From the NCBI GenBank assembly GCA_965223425.1, contig OZ245003.1:1-64000 (forward strand): a stretch of 64,000 nt of DNA, read 5' to 3'. Shown in pieces: positions 52,921 through 63,273 of the stretch. Below the pieces are notes generated by a model. That model did not search any database. It was not told where the DNA came from and saw only the letters and a list, made by a program, of their open reading frames with translations. This DNA comes from Nitrosopumilus sp. GTDB lineage: Archaea; Thermoproteota; Nitrososphaeria; Nitrososphaerales; Nitrosopumilaceae. How positions within the stretch are numbered: position 1 is the first letter of the stretch; the number at the start of each line of letters is the position of its first letter. The translations under genes and the position numbers were made by a program.

Positions 52921-54286
52921 CAGTAGTTCCCAGATGTAGATTTACCGCAACCGCAACTGGCATCGGTTCTACTTGCCTCGATCATTGACAAACAACTCGT
53001 TTCTGCTTGTAATGTACACGATAAACAACGCCATGGTGAGTTTTTTTCCCGCAGAAGACACTCTTCCGTGCCTCTTTCCCGCATCAAGGCAGAACCTGGC
53101 AATCCTCCACAGGTTGTACAGCAGCAGCGGCAGGTAAAACATCAGCAGCCTCACAGACAGGGAGTTGCTGCATGTCCTGCCCATGATCTCCTTTATGACG
53201 CGAAACCCCGTCTCGATGCCCCATCTCTTGCGGTACTGCTCCGGTATGATGCCTGTCATGGCTCTGGCGCTCCTGATGGGAATGTTTGTTGCAAACGCAA
53301 TGTATTGCTCCTCCTCCTCTTCCCCCTCCCCCTTTTTCTTCTTCTTCCTGTCTCTTTTGACAATTACAAGGTTGTAGGTCACAGTTACGCCGTCTTTGTT
53401 GGTCATTGACTGCTGCGATACCTGGCTTGCCTTTCCGTCCTTGTACATCTTGACTATCCTCTTGATCTTGGAGTTCATGATGACAGGCATAATGTAGCGG
53501 CACCCGCCCTTTCCTGCCTCTGTCATGCAGTCAACGTTGTAAAAGGCGCGGTCGTACAGGAACACAGTCTTTGAGTGTGCGCCCCCTCTGAGGATTTTCG
53601 TGCGTGTTTTGGCTATAAAATCGGCCAGTTTTTCCTTTGCCGGTAGCAGCTGCGATTCCAGGACAATCTGCGAGGAGTCCCTGCCGACTCCGTGCACTGC
53701 GACATACGAGAGAAACGTGGATGTTCCTGCCCTTGGACGCGACTTTCTTGTATGCTCCTGCAGCTGCTCCCCATGGTATGGTATGTCCGTAACGTCTATT
53801 GCAATGGCGTCGATGTCCTGCAGCATTCCTGCACGGCAGGCGTGCCGCACCGTGCGTGCCAGCGTCCTTGCACACCAGGCCTGCACGTCTGCCGGTTTGA
53901 CGCCACGGACTGCAGACATGACCAGGTCTGCATCAGGCGTACGTGCACCCGTGTCTTGAAGCCTGTTGTGCCGTACGAGGGATTCTACAAACGTGTTTCT
54001 CTCAGACGCCTTGATTAGCACGTCCAGTATGTCATTGCATCCGTATACGGCGTTGTGCCTCTCAGACATTGGCATGCCAAGCTTTTGAAACGACGAGCGC
54101 AAGATTTTAAACCGGTTTGATGTTATATTGTACTGGCGTGCGATCAGTTCGTCATGTAATTCGACTTTCATGACATATTGCACGCCGTAGCCTAATCTGG
54201 ATCTTTGCATTGCAGTTATGCGGTAACGCACCGGCATCTGGGCATAAACCTACATCTGGGCACAAATCTACATCTGGGAACTACTG
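52921..54286 (-). mobile_element. ISH3-family element with 4-bp TSD (ATGT)
   Basis: TIRs CAGTAGTTCCCAGATGTAG / CTACATCTGGGAACTACTG; ATGT at 52917-52920 and 54287-54290. Confidence 0.93.
52969..54237 (-). CDS. ISH3-family transposase, intact frame
   Basis: AIDVTD, YDRAFY, YRKRWGIETGFR; start codon uncertain. Confidence 0.9.
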   Translation of the reverse strand: MPVRYRITAMQRSRLGYGVQYVMKVELHDELIARQYNITSNRFKILRSSFQKLGMPMSERHNAVYGCNDILDVLIKASERNTFVESLVRHNRLQDTGARTPDADLVMSAVRGVKPADVQAWCARTLARTVRHACRAGMLQDIDAIAIDVTDIPYHGEQLQEHTRKSRPRAGTSTFLSYVAVHGVGRDSSQIVLESQLLPAKEKLADFIAKTRTKILRGGAHSKTVFLYDRAFYNVDCMTEAGKGGCRYIMPVIMNSKIKRIVKMYKDGKASQVSQQSMTNKDGVTVTYNLVIVKRDRKKKKKGEGEEEEEQYIAFATNIPIRSARAMTGIIPEQYRKRWGIETGFRVIKEIMGRTCSNSLSVRLLMFYLPLLLYNLWRIARFCLDAGKRHGRVSSAGKKLTMALFIVYITSRNELFVNDRGK

Positions 54287-55541
54287 ATGTGGCAGACTCG
54301 CTCATGCAGTGCCCCAACTGGGTGTCCTTCTGGGTGGAACGCTTCAAGGAGGAGAAGGGCGGCATAGACGCCCTCCGGGATCTTCCAAAGACAGGCAGGC
54401 CGCCAAAGGTTCGGTTGGACAAGATTGCAAGGGTTGTATCAGATGCAAACAGCAGCGGCATTATTACGCCAAAAAGATTCAAAAGCGACATACAAAAAAG
54501 ATTCAAAGTAAAATACCACATAACCAGCATCAGAAAGATAATGCACAAGCTTGGAATGTCTGCCAAGACGGCTCAGCGCATCCACATCAGCAGGGCAGAA
54601 ATTGACAAAATCAAAAGGTGGCAACACAATGCAAAAAGGCGGATTTCACGCCTGGAATTGAAGGGTTTTACAACTGTCGTTTTTGACGAATCGATATTCA
54701 TCGACGATCCTGCAAGTGGCGCAAAGTACTGGTCACCAAAAGGGGAGCCAATCACAACGACATACAAGGGACGGCACGGCAGGGTGGTGGCATACGGCTC
54801 CATTGCGACAGACGGCAGGCAGTTCTTTAGGACATATGACAGGTTTGACAAGGAGACGGTTCTGCAATACATCAAGGAGATGACAAGTCATTTTGGCAAG
54901 GTGACAATCATCATGGACAACGCGCCGCAGCACAAGGCAAGGATTGTAAAAGAGTTTCTTGCAGGCAACCCCGATGTCAGGACAATATGGCTTCCGACTG
55001 CAACGCCTGAGCTCAGTGTAGTTGAGGAGTACTGGCATCAGGCAAAACGGGACGTGTCGGTATCTGAATATTACGCTACGGTTGTGCACATGCGCCATGC
55101 AATGTCAGAATATTTCAGGACAGCCCGTCCCAAGCTTGATGCGATGAAGTTTATCTGTAGAAGGTCGCTCACTCTCAAAAACTTTTGATTGACACTATAG
55201 GTATTGTTCTTTTTTCTTTAATTGATCTAAGGTACAAGCGATTTCATCATATTTTTTTGCAAGTTCTATTTCTTTTTCGTACATTATGTAACTACTTTTT
55301 TTACTCATAAATATCTCTCTTCAGAATTTCAACCGTGGCGGATCTCCTTATAAACCATAATCTTAACATTACAACTTTGAATTTGTGAAGGATGTATAAT
55401 AAATTGCCGATTTGTATCATGCGAAATGGACAAAAGAGAATATTCAAGCTGCTCCCCATCTGTCTTTCAATGTTTCAGGCCGTATTTATCTTTGAAAATA
55501 GTAAAAGATATCTGCTTATCATACATTGCAATATTTTTGGA

Positions 55542-56687
55542 TTAGAGAGCTTTTAGTTTTTCTTCTGCAGTCTTGAGTCCTGCTTGAGCATCTATTTCGT
55601 ATCCCATCATTGCCAATGTTGATGAGATTGCAGAGACTGTTCTCATTACATGATAAGGACTTACTTCTCCCATGCATCCAACTCTGAATACTTTGCCTTT
55701 GAGATTTCCAAATCCTCCTGCAACTAAGACTTTGAATTTGTCTGCAAGAGTGTTTCTAAATGTTTTGTCCTCAAGACCATCCAGATAGTTTAGTGCAACA
55801 ATTGAGATTGAACGATCTTCCTCTTTTGCAAATGGAGTAAGACCCATTGCACTTAATCCAGAGTACAATGCATCTGAACAGGCTTTGTGACGATTAAAGA
55901 CGTTTTGAAGGCCCTCTTCTAGTAAAATTGAAAGGGCTTCTCTGTATGCATAAAGTAAAGGCAATGCAGGTGTGAAAGGAGTGTGTTTTTCCTCATCATA
56001 ATATTTGAAATATCTTGCTAAATTGAAGTACATTGTAGCTGGTGGATTTTCAATCATGTATTTCTTGGCTCTGGCACTTACAGATATTGGTGAAATGCCC
56101 GGGGGGGCGGCAATTGCTTTTTGTGCACCAGTCATACATACATCGACATTCCATTTATCCACTGGGAGTTCGGCGCCTCCAAGCAGGGAAACAGAATCCA
56201 CGACATAGAATGCATCATTTCTAGATGTCAAGTCAGATACTTTGTCAAGGTAATTTACCATCGTTCCAGTTGAAGTTTCATTGTGAACCACATAGAATGC
56301 CTTAACGTCCTTGTTGTTGTCAAATGCTTCTTTTACTTGATCAAAAGTTGCATTTTGTCCCGGTGGAGTTTCGAGTCTAACAACATTAGCTCCCTGACCT
56401 TCAATAAGTTGTGATAACCTGTTACTAAATTCCCCATTTACAGGAATTATAATTTTATCACCTTTTTTAACTAAATTTATTACTCCTGCTTCTACTGCAC
56501 CCGTTCCAGATGCAGATAAGGCTACAATATCATTTTGTGTCTCAAATACTTGTTGAGTTTTTTCAACAACATCAGTGTATAATTCAACAAAATCATCACT
56601 TCTGTGATTAATAATGGGTGCAAGCATTGCTTTCATAACACGATTAGGTACATTTGTTGGACCAGGAAGCATTGAAAGATATTCCAT
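55542..56687 (-). CDS. Class V aminotransferase (alanine-glyoxylate/serine-pyruvate type)
   Basis: PGPTNVP, HNETSTG, DSVS, GAQKAIAAPPG, FRVGCMG. Confidence 0.93.
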   Translation of the reverse strand: MEYLSMLPGPTNVPNRVMKAMLAPIINHRSDDFVELYTDVVEKTQQVFETQNDIVALSASGTGAVEAGVINLVKKGDKIIIPVNGEFSNRLSQLIEGQGANVVRLETPPGQNATFDQVKEAFDNNKDVKAFYVVHNETSTGTMVNYLDKVSDLTSRNDAFYVVDSVSLLGGAELPVDKWNVDVCMTGAQKAIAAPPGISPISVSARAKKYMIENPPATMYFNLARYFKYYDEEKHTPFTPALPLLYAYREALSILLEEGLQNVFNRHKACSDALYSGLSAMGLTPFAKEEDRSISIVALNYLDGLEDKTFRNTLADKFKVLVAGGFGNLKGKVFRVGCMGEVSPYHVMRTVSAISSTLAMMGYEIDAQAGLKTAEEKLKAL

Positions 56688-56727
56688 ATATTATCTAGTG
56701 TCAGTGTCATATTGGGTTTATTTATAA

Positions 56728-57222
56728 TTAGAGATTTTTCAAACGTTCTTTAGCACCAGTGTTAATCAAAAAATTTTTTGCACCTTCAGGTACAAGATCA
56801 TCCCATTTTTGATCGCTAATAATCAGATCTCTAATATTAGTGCCAGATAATTCATCTCTCCTCAAAAACGGAATAGGAACCACTTGAAAATCTCTTTTTG
56901 AATACAGATGTCTTGTCAAGTCATCATTTGAAAAAACTATATCAAATTTTGGAACAATAGTATCTATCTTCTCAATCCATTTGATGTGGTTATCCAAATC
57001 CGGGATAAAATAAATTGAGATTTTATTTTTCATTGAATCATCAATTGAAGAGGCAATCATCTCTTCTCGTTCTTTTGCAGAAAAAGGATTGTTTTTTTGT
57101 GGAGATTTGTTAGAGCTGCCCAAACCTATCCATAATTTTTCAACTTTTGATAACGCAAATTGCAATGCTTCAAGATGGCCTAAGTGAAAAGGCTGGAATC
57201 TTCCTATCAATAAACCGTTCAT
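56728..57222 (-). CDS. nadM: Nicotinamide-nucleotide adenylyltransferase
   Basis: GRFQPFHLGH, NPF...ER, SGTNIR; ATG at 57222. Confidence 0.93.
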   Translation of the reverse strand: MNGLLIGRFQPFHLGHLEALQFALSKVEKLWIGLGSSNKSPQKNNPFSAKEREEMIASSIDDSMKNKISIYFIPDLDNHIKWIEKIDTIVPKFDIVFSNDDLTRHLYSKRDFQVVPIPFLRRDELSGTNIRDLIISDQKWDDLVPEGAKNFLINTGAKERLKNL

Positions 57223-57282
57223 ACAGAAATATAGAAAATTTCTTTTTAAAAAACTATCATAAGGAGTTGTGATTTTAAACAA

Positions 57283-58311
57283 ATGGTGAATTTTTTAGAA
57301 ATTAATGGAGAATATGGCGAAGGGGGAGGACAGATAATTCGCTCTGCAATTGCGCTTTCATGTATTACAAAACAGCCAATTCACTTAGAAAATATAAGAA
57401 GGAATAGAAAGGTTCCAGGATTGCGAGCACAGCATCTGACAGCTATAAGAATTCTACAAAAAGTTGCAAATGCCAAAGTAATTGGAGCAGAATTAGGATC
57501 TACTGAATTAAAATTTATTCCAGATGACATCAAAAATTTAGAAATAGTTGAAGATGTAGGAACGGCCGGGAGTATTTCTTTGATTTTACAAGTTTTAATT
57601 CCTGTAGTATCCATTTCTCAAAAAAAACTAAAATTGACAATTAGAGGAGGAACAGACGTACCATGGAGTCCTTCAATTGATTATACTCGATATGTACTAA
57701 AAGAAGCGTATTCAAGAATGGGCATAGAGTTTTCTGTTGAATTATGTAAACGCGGTTACTATCCAAAAGGTGGTGGAGAAATTGTTTTGCAAGTATATCC
57801 ATCTAATGTAAGATCAACATCATTTTCCAAAAGAAGAACAAAATCCATTAAATTAATTTGTACATATTCAAAGCTTTCAATTAAGGAAATTGAGAATAAA
57901 ATTGAAGAGATCAAAAGAAGGTTATCTAAAGAAGGTTTTGTCGTTGAAACAGAAATTAAAAATCAGGATGCAATAGATTCGGGAGCATCTTTGTTAATTT
58001 ACAGTATTGATGAACATTCAGTAATAGGGAAGGATGCGTTATTTGATAAAAAAACACAAAGATTTGATCTGGATTTAAAAGAGTTTATTGAAAACTCACC
58101 AAGTGTAGACAAAAATTTAGCAGATATGCTTGTAGTTCCTGCAAGCTTGGGTCAGAAAAAAACAACATTTCAAGTTAAAGAGATTACAAAACATCTGGAA
58201 ACAAATTTGTTTGTAACATCAAAAATTACAGGTTGTAAGTATGGAATTGGAAAGCTATCTAATGGATTTGAAATAATTATTGAAGGGATATCAGACTCCG
58301 GCATCAAGTAG
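57283..58311 (+). CDS. rtcA: RNA 3'-terminal phosphate cyclase
   Basis: GEGGGQIIR, QHL, GGTDV, RGYYPKGGG, catalytic HLETN. Confidence 0.94.
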   Translation: MVNFLEINGEYGEGGGQIIRSAIALSCITKQPIHLENIRRNRKVPGLRAQHLTAIRILQKVANAKVIGAELGSTELKFIPDDIKNLEIVEDVGTAGSISLILQVLIPVVSISQKKLKLTIRGGTDVPWSPSIDYTRYVLKEAYSRMGIEFSVELCKRGYYPKGGGEIVLQVYPSNVRSTSFSKRRTKSIKLICTYSKLSIKEIENKIEEIKRRLSKEGFVVETEIKNQDAIDSGASLLIYSIDEHSVIGKDALFDKKTQRFDLDLKEFIENSPSVDKNLADMLVVPASLGQKKTTFQVKEITKHLETNLFVTSKITGCKYGIGKLSNGFEIIIEGISDSGIK

Positions 58312-58788
58312 GGATGCAAAAAATAGAATAGCCACTGACAAAACTACTGTAACTTCACCAAGAATAATGATTTTTTTTCTTAATTTTTGAATTTCATTTT
58401 CGGGCATTTGATTTGACATGATTTTTTCTTCAACATCCTTACGGATTACTCTAACATGAACAGTATATGTAATGATTAGAACAATAACAAGAATAATTTT
58501 GATAATTAGAAATGTTCCATAACTTGTTGCTACAAGAAGTTCAGGTTTGCCAAGTAACACGTGTGAGCTATACAATCCGGTTGCCATTAGAATAATCAAT
58601 GACGGAACAGCTATTTTGTTAAATCGTCTTCCAACACGAATCATTATTTGCATTCTTTCTTCAAGAGAATTAGTCATTGTTTTTAGAAGTGGTGAAAATA
58701 CAACGCCAATGAAAAGCGCACCGCCAACCCATATTGCGGCAGAAACTAGATGAATCCAAGTAAGAATTGCTTGTTCTAGCGCAGTCAT
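58291..58788 (-). CDS. CopD/DUF4149-like membrane protein
   Basis: WIHLVSAAIWVGG; four TM helices. Confidence 0.85.
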   Translation of the reverse strand: MTALEQAILTWIHLVSAAIWVGGALFIGVVFSPLLKTMTNSLEERMQIMIRVGRRFNKIAVPSLIILMATGLYSSHVLLGKPELLVATSYGTFLIIKIILVIVLIITYTVHVRVIRKDVEEKIMSNQMPENEIQKLRKKIIILGEVTVVLSVAILFFASLLDAGV

Positions 58789-58870
58789 GAAATATGATAT
58801 TTTAAATCAAATATTATGTATTTGGATCTTAACAACATTTTTTAGTTGTACAGAATCTGATAGCATTGAA

Positions 58871-59365
58871 ATGGCACTTCAAAGTAAGATGACAGTATAT
58901 GCCGCATTAGCTGGAGTTTTGGCTTTAATGGGAGGAATTGTTTACTATGCTAGTCTAGATAATGTCGAACTTGAGCAAGTCGAAATTGAATTAACGAGTG
59001 TAGAATTAAGGGATGTCAACACAATAAATAATCAAGCAAAATTTGACGTCACATTTCTTGTAAAGAATCCAAGTGACAAGACATTTACAGTTTCATTGAT
59101 TGGATACCAACTTTACGGAGATGGAATACTGTTAGGTTCGGGGCAGTATTCTACAGCAGACATAGCATTGCCTGGAAGAGCTGTGTTTTATTCAGGTGCA
59201 GAAGTTCCTTTGAAAAGCACATTTGTTCTCAGTAAATCTGAGATTAATTCAGAGATTTACCAAGACGCCATAGAAAATAAGATCAATGGTTTTGAAGCCG
59301 AAGGAAGTATCACTACCGAGTCTTCATGGAGTACTGTTGAAAAAGAATTCAAAACTGGATTTTAA
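58871..59365 (+). CDS. Membrane-anchored LEA_2/WHy-like protein
   Basis: TM then FLVKNPS..IGYQLY..LLGSG; ATG at 58871. Confidence 0.7.
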   Translation: MALQSKMTVYAALAGVLALMGGIVYYASLDNVELEQVEIELTSVELRDVNTINNQAKFDVTFLVKNPSDKTFTVSLIGYQLYGDGILLGSGQYSTADIALPGRAVFYSGAEVPLKSTFVLSKSEINSEIYQDAIENKINGFEAEGSITTESSWSTVEKEFKTGF

Positions 59366-59613
59366 TTGAAAAGTGGGCCGGGAGACACCCCTAAAACAAA
59401 TGGTTTTTTTGACAAACGCCACAACAGAAGATTTGATTGTAATCCTTTATCAACACGCTTGAATCAGAAAGGTGTAAGAGAATCCGTAATGGATGCAGGT
59501 AGTAAAAGCGATGCTGATTCATCTGTGTTAAAAAAAAGACTCGGACATCCACATAGCGAAAAATAGGAAAAAATCGCCTTAAATCAAAATCAAACATACA
59601 AAGTTGGAATAGA

Positions 59614-60989
59614 ATGGCAAAAGAACCAACAAAAAAACTGCTAAGCGATCCAGATGTGCGCAGATGGTACGAAAATATGCGCAGATCCAGCAAGCTTAAC
59701 TCTGATGTGAGGCTTAGACGACTGAATCTGTTCTGTGACCGGATAAAGATGACCCCCAAAGGAGCTTGTAGGGGTTGGTAAAGATAACCCCATGAAGGCA
59801 GAGAACATCATGCTGGATCACGTCTCATGGATGGAGGATCAAAACTATGCACCAGGATACATTGCCGGCATGATAAGGACGGTAAAGGCATGGCTTGATT
59901 ACAATCACATCGAGATAAGGCGGAAGATAAAGATCACAAACGCCGATGTGCAGGTAAGCATCAGGATGAAAGGATACCTGAAGGAAAGCAATTGCAACAG
60001 ATTCTCAATGCTGCACCTCCACGATGCAGACAATCATAAGCATGATTGCATTTGCAGGAATCAGGCCGCAGGTCATGGGACTTGCTGACGGAACTGATGG
60101 GTTGTGCCTCTCAGATCTGCAGGATCTGGTACTAGACGGTCAAAATATCAAATTTTCCAAGATGCCTGCAAGGGTGGTAGTAAGACCCAATCTGAGCAAG
60201 ACACGAAACAAGTACTTTACATTTCTGACAGAAGAAGGCTGCAAATACGTACTAGGCTACCTGCAGCAACGACTAGCAAAGGAGGAGATACTAAAACCAG
60301 AGTCGCCGTTGATAACTACGGACTTTGGATATCGCCTCAAGGGATGGCGTAAGATTGGCTCATCTAACAACAGGTTTTTGGTCACAAACGCCATAACCCA
60401 GTCCATACGTCAGATAATTCGTAGCGTGATCAAGATACGTCCGTATGCCCTTCGGTCGTACTTTGACAGCCAGCTTCTAATTGCCGAAAGCCACGGATGC
60501 ATGACACACTCGTATCGCCAGTTCTTTATGGGACATAAAGGAGACACGGAGTCTCGATATACTACCAACAAGGGAAGATTGACTGAACAGATGACCGAAG
60601 ACATGAGGCGCTCTTTTGCACAGAGTCAGATGTTCTTATCAACCAACATGGAAGATCACACTGAAGACAGCAGGAAGAACATGCTCATAGACATGTGGCG
60701 CCAGCAGGCCTCCATGTATGGGATAGATCCCAATTCCCTTTTGCAAAACGATGTGGACGAATCCTCATCACATGGTGTCAAATCCAGCAAAGATGTTGAT
60801 GTAAATGTGTCTACGGGATCGGAAGTGCCCAAAAACGGCATTACAGATGAGAAGGCAGAATCGTCACCATATGAGACTCAAATTGTTGATGGAGAGAAGA
60901 CTCTGCTCTCATATGCCGCACAGGGATGGGATCTGGTAAAGGATCTGCCTGATGCAAGATTTCTGATTAGACGCAGAATTCCAACTTAA
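59614..60989 (+). pseudogene. Tyrosine recombinase/integrase with about three frameshifts
   Basis: MAKEPTKKLLSDPDVRRWYEN.. N-terminal domain in three frames; catalytic AGIRP, SKT, YALRSYF, FMGHKG, RYT. Confidence 0.88.
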
Positions 60990-61020
60990 ACTTGTAAAAA
61001 ACATTCGATGAAAAAGCAGC

Positions 61021-61128
61021 CTAGGACCAGTGATGCATTCTGTCTATGGCCAGCTTTCTAGAATAACCAAACTCCTTCATCAGGCGTCTGACAAATTCCT
61101 CATCCTCTTTTGAAAGCTTGCTCTTCAT
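61021..61128 (-). CDS. 35-aa peptide downstream of the ART gene
   Basis: MKSKLSKEDEEFVRRLMKEFGYSRKLAIDRMHHWS; GGAGG upstream; starts 2 bp after the ART stop. Confidence 0.55.
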   Translation of the reverse strand: MKSKLSKEDEEFVRRLMKEFGYSRKLAIDRMHHWS

Positions 61129-61782
61129 GGTTATAGTTGTCCTCCGACATACTTAATCGTTATCTCCAAATTTTGCCTTTTTTCTATAATCTTGACTATT
61201 TTTTCCAGTCTTTTTTTAAATGCGGATGTTCCGTCTCTAGACACTGTCATGCTGTTGATACGTAGTCTTGCGCCCTTTTTGATCTGCACTTCGCACTCTC
61301 GCATATACCAACCGGATTGACTGCCTCCGAATCTCTCATATGGATTGTATGTGTGCCGACCTCTAGGCGTCACATATATGATGCGCCTTGTCACATATGT
61401 GACTGGGCAATAATCTGACGGATTCATTTCCAATATGTCCATTTCTACTACCAATCCACGCTTTTTTCTTTTTGTTGCAAAGAGTGTTGCTATATCAGCA
61501 TCAATTGAACACGACACAAAATCGTTTCTTGCAGCATACATTATTCTGCTCTGATATCCTACTGCACCCTTCATCTTGGCAATGCTTGCCAACTCTGAGA
61601 TTTGCATGCCCCGGTATACCGTCTTGGTTCTTTTCAGAACCGTCTTTATCATCTTGTTGATTTTGTTCATATGGCTTTCAAGACCCTGCAGTATCAGGCT
61701 CTGATTCATGGCTCTGTCAAGAATCATTCTGTATTTTTTTAGCTCAGACAGCCTGATTATTATCCCGTCTGTTCCCAGCACC

Positions 61783-62857
61783 GGGGTTGTTGCCAAATTC
61801 ACCCCCATGATCTAATTTTGTGATTTTGTACACATATTGATCAGAGAGGATGTGAGTTCTCTAATGAGTGATCATAAGAGACGTGATCAGTACTGGAAGT
61901 ACTATCACGAGGCCCACACCCAAGAACTGGATTTTCTCACGTCCCATATAGTTTCTTTGATTGTGAAAAATCCGTGTCCTGTCCGGGACAGACAGTCCGG
62001 TCCTGAACGCAACCGGGTTCACAGCAGGAACAAGCTGGCATGCATCTGCATACTCATGGTATGTCTAAACTACACATACCGGGATATGGAGAACCTTGTA
62101 TCCAAGCTTAAGCTGCCGTGGGACGAACCCGTACCTGATCACACTACTGTCTCCAAGTTCATGCAAAAGATTCCTGTTGCATGGCTTGAAGATATCATTG
62201 CCTGCACGGCAGCATCGTGCCTTGCAGGATTTGATGCCTCTGATCTCACGCTGGCATCAGACAGCAGCGGCGTTGCCACTGACAGGTATGAAAGAGTGCA
62301 AAAAAAAGGCCAGAAACAGGCACAACAGGAGGCAAAGCGTCAAAAGAAATACCTGAAATGGCACGTGGCCTCGGTACTGGGCCTGCAGGTCATACTCTCC
62401 TGCCGCATCACATCCAACAAGATGGCAGATACTACCGTCTTTGCCTCGCTGCTAAAGAAGATCAAAAAGACAGGCATTGCCTTTGCAGGCAGGTTCAATG
62501 CAGACAGGGGGTATGATTCTGATAGGAACTGCAAGCTTGTCTTTGGTGCCGGCATGACCCCGAACATAAAGCAGAGGGGCAATGCCGTGAACAGATCAAA
62601 AAAGTTCAGGAAAAAGGCCGCAGGACTGTTTGACGTGGAGATCTACAAGAAACGAGGCATGATAGAGGGAATATTTGGAGCAGAGGAGACAGAAGGTCAC
62701 CGGTTGCTGTGCAGGTTCAGAAAGACATCCACAAGAAGGCGGTTTGGACTGTGCAAGACAATAGGATGGAACCTTGAGGTGTTAAACCGTTTGGAGTGTG
62801 CAGCAAGGCAGAATATTGTGGTGGTGGCAGCTTAGATGTGAATTTGGCAACAACCCC
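61783..62857 (+). mobile_element. IS5-family element with 9-bp TSD
   Basis: Perfect TIRs GGGGTTGTTGCCAAATTCAC; TSD CCCAGCACC at 61774-61782 and 62858-62866. Confidence 0.93.
61837..62835 (+). CDS. IS5-family DDE transposase, intact frame
   Basis: PDHTT, DSSG, KWH, ADRGYD, YKKRGMIEGIF. Confidence 0.9.
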   Translation: MIREDVSSLMSDHKRRDQYWKYYHEAHTQELDFLTSHIVSLIVKNPCPVRDRQSGPERNRVHSRNKLACICILMVCLNYTYRDMENLVSKLKLPWDEPVPDHTTVSKFMQKIPVAWLEDIIACTAASCLAGFDASDLTLASDSSGVATDRYERVQKKGQKQAQQEAKRQKKYLKWHVASVLGLQVILSCRITSNKMADTTVFASLLKKIKKTGIAFAGRFNADRGYDSDRNCKLVFGAGMTPNIKQRGNAVNRSKKFRKKAAGLFDVEIYKKRGMIEGIFGAEETEGHRLLCRFRKTSTRRRFGLCKTIGWNLEVLNRLECAARQNIVVVAA

Positions 62858-63107
62858 CCCAGCACCACATTGGAGGGCGTAGGTAAAATCCTCGCCTTGC
62901 CGTTGATTCGAGGCAGAGAAAAACGCTCAAACTCCTTGTCGATATCTCTTCCAACGTTACTCTTACTTACCGCTGTAAACACTCTAGAAAATCGTAATTG
63001 CGTGTCTTTAATGGCCCGCAGATTCGCTCTTGACAATCTGCCAACACTGCCTGATTTTTGACCCCCTTTCTTAGAATCCCTGGCTGGGCCTTTTTTTTGA
63101 TTTAGTA

Positions 63108-63266
63108 TCAAAACTGCTTCATTCTCCGAATCAACCTATAGTACAGCTGGCGCACCGTGATTCTGTACCCCATGTCTTCATAATCCTCTACAATTTCTGC
63201 CATCTTGTCCAAAAGCTTCTGGCTTGAGCTCCGAAGTGACTTTGTGGCGTATGCTATCTTTGCCAT
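63108..63266 (-). CDS. 52-aa protein with TVRQLYY motif (TopoVI-A/Spo11-like wHTH N-terminus, probably truncated)
   Basis: MAKIAYATKSLRSSSQKLLDKMAEIVEDYEDMGYRITVRQLYYRLIRRMKQF; TGA overlaps the ART start TTG. Confidence 0.55.
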   Translation of the reverse strand: MAKIAYATKSLRSSSQKLLDKMAEIVEDYEDMGYRITVRQLYYRLIRRMKQF

Positions 63267-63273
63267 TAAACAA

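Larger units (their letters stand above)
52722..55197 (+). mobile_element. IS630-family element interrupted by ISH3
   Basis: TA TSD; imperfect TIRs TAGT...CAAAAGTT; transposase 52799-52920 + 54291-55188 joins in frame (339 aa; FDES, MDNAPQH, PELSVVE). Confidence 0.9.
52507..55308 (-). pseudogene. 107-aa wHTH-like gene split by IS630
   Basis: Joining 55308-55198 to 52719-52507 gives an open frame MSKKSSY...KEQYL|HSELHKVVDSCLDAK...IKLSPIGDKV... Confidence 0.75.
61131..63111 (-). pseudogene. ADP-ribosyltransferase (R-S-ExE type), ~298 aa, split by IS5
   Basis: YRGM, FVSCS, RECEV motifs; removing 61783-62857 plus one TSD joins PTPSNVVLG|TDGIII in frame. Confidence 0.75.

Noticed and set aside
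54205-55188. 327-aa ORF with HLGINLHLGTNLHLGTT N-terminus as a novel fusion
   Set aside because: The N-terminus is translated ISH3 terminal repeats that are in frame by chance; the true IS630 N-terminus is at 52799-52920
57283-58311. RtcA seemed to lack its catalytic His (VDKNLAD), suggesting an Rcl1-like protein
   Set aside because: The adenylated His lies in the downstream HLxTN motif, which is present (HLETN)
59366-59566. 66-aa ORF across the att site
   Set aside because: Starts 1 bp after the previous stop, spans the junction and has no recognisable features
61783-61808. Track start MGVNLATTP for the 225-aa ORF
   Set aside because: Derived from the IS5 TIR; the native N-terminus lies beyond the IS. 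The outward ATG could still give a truncated product
4736-62582. Many short antisense or overlapping ORFs in the track
   Set aside because: Shadows of real genes or of GC-rich transposases
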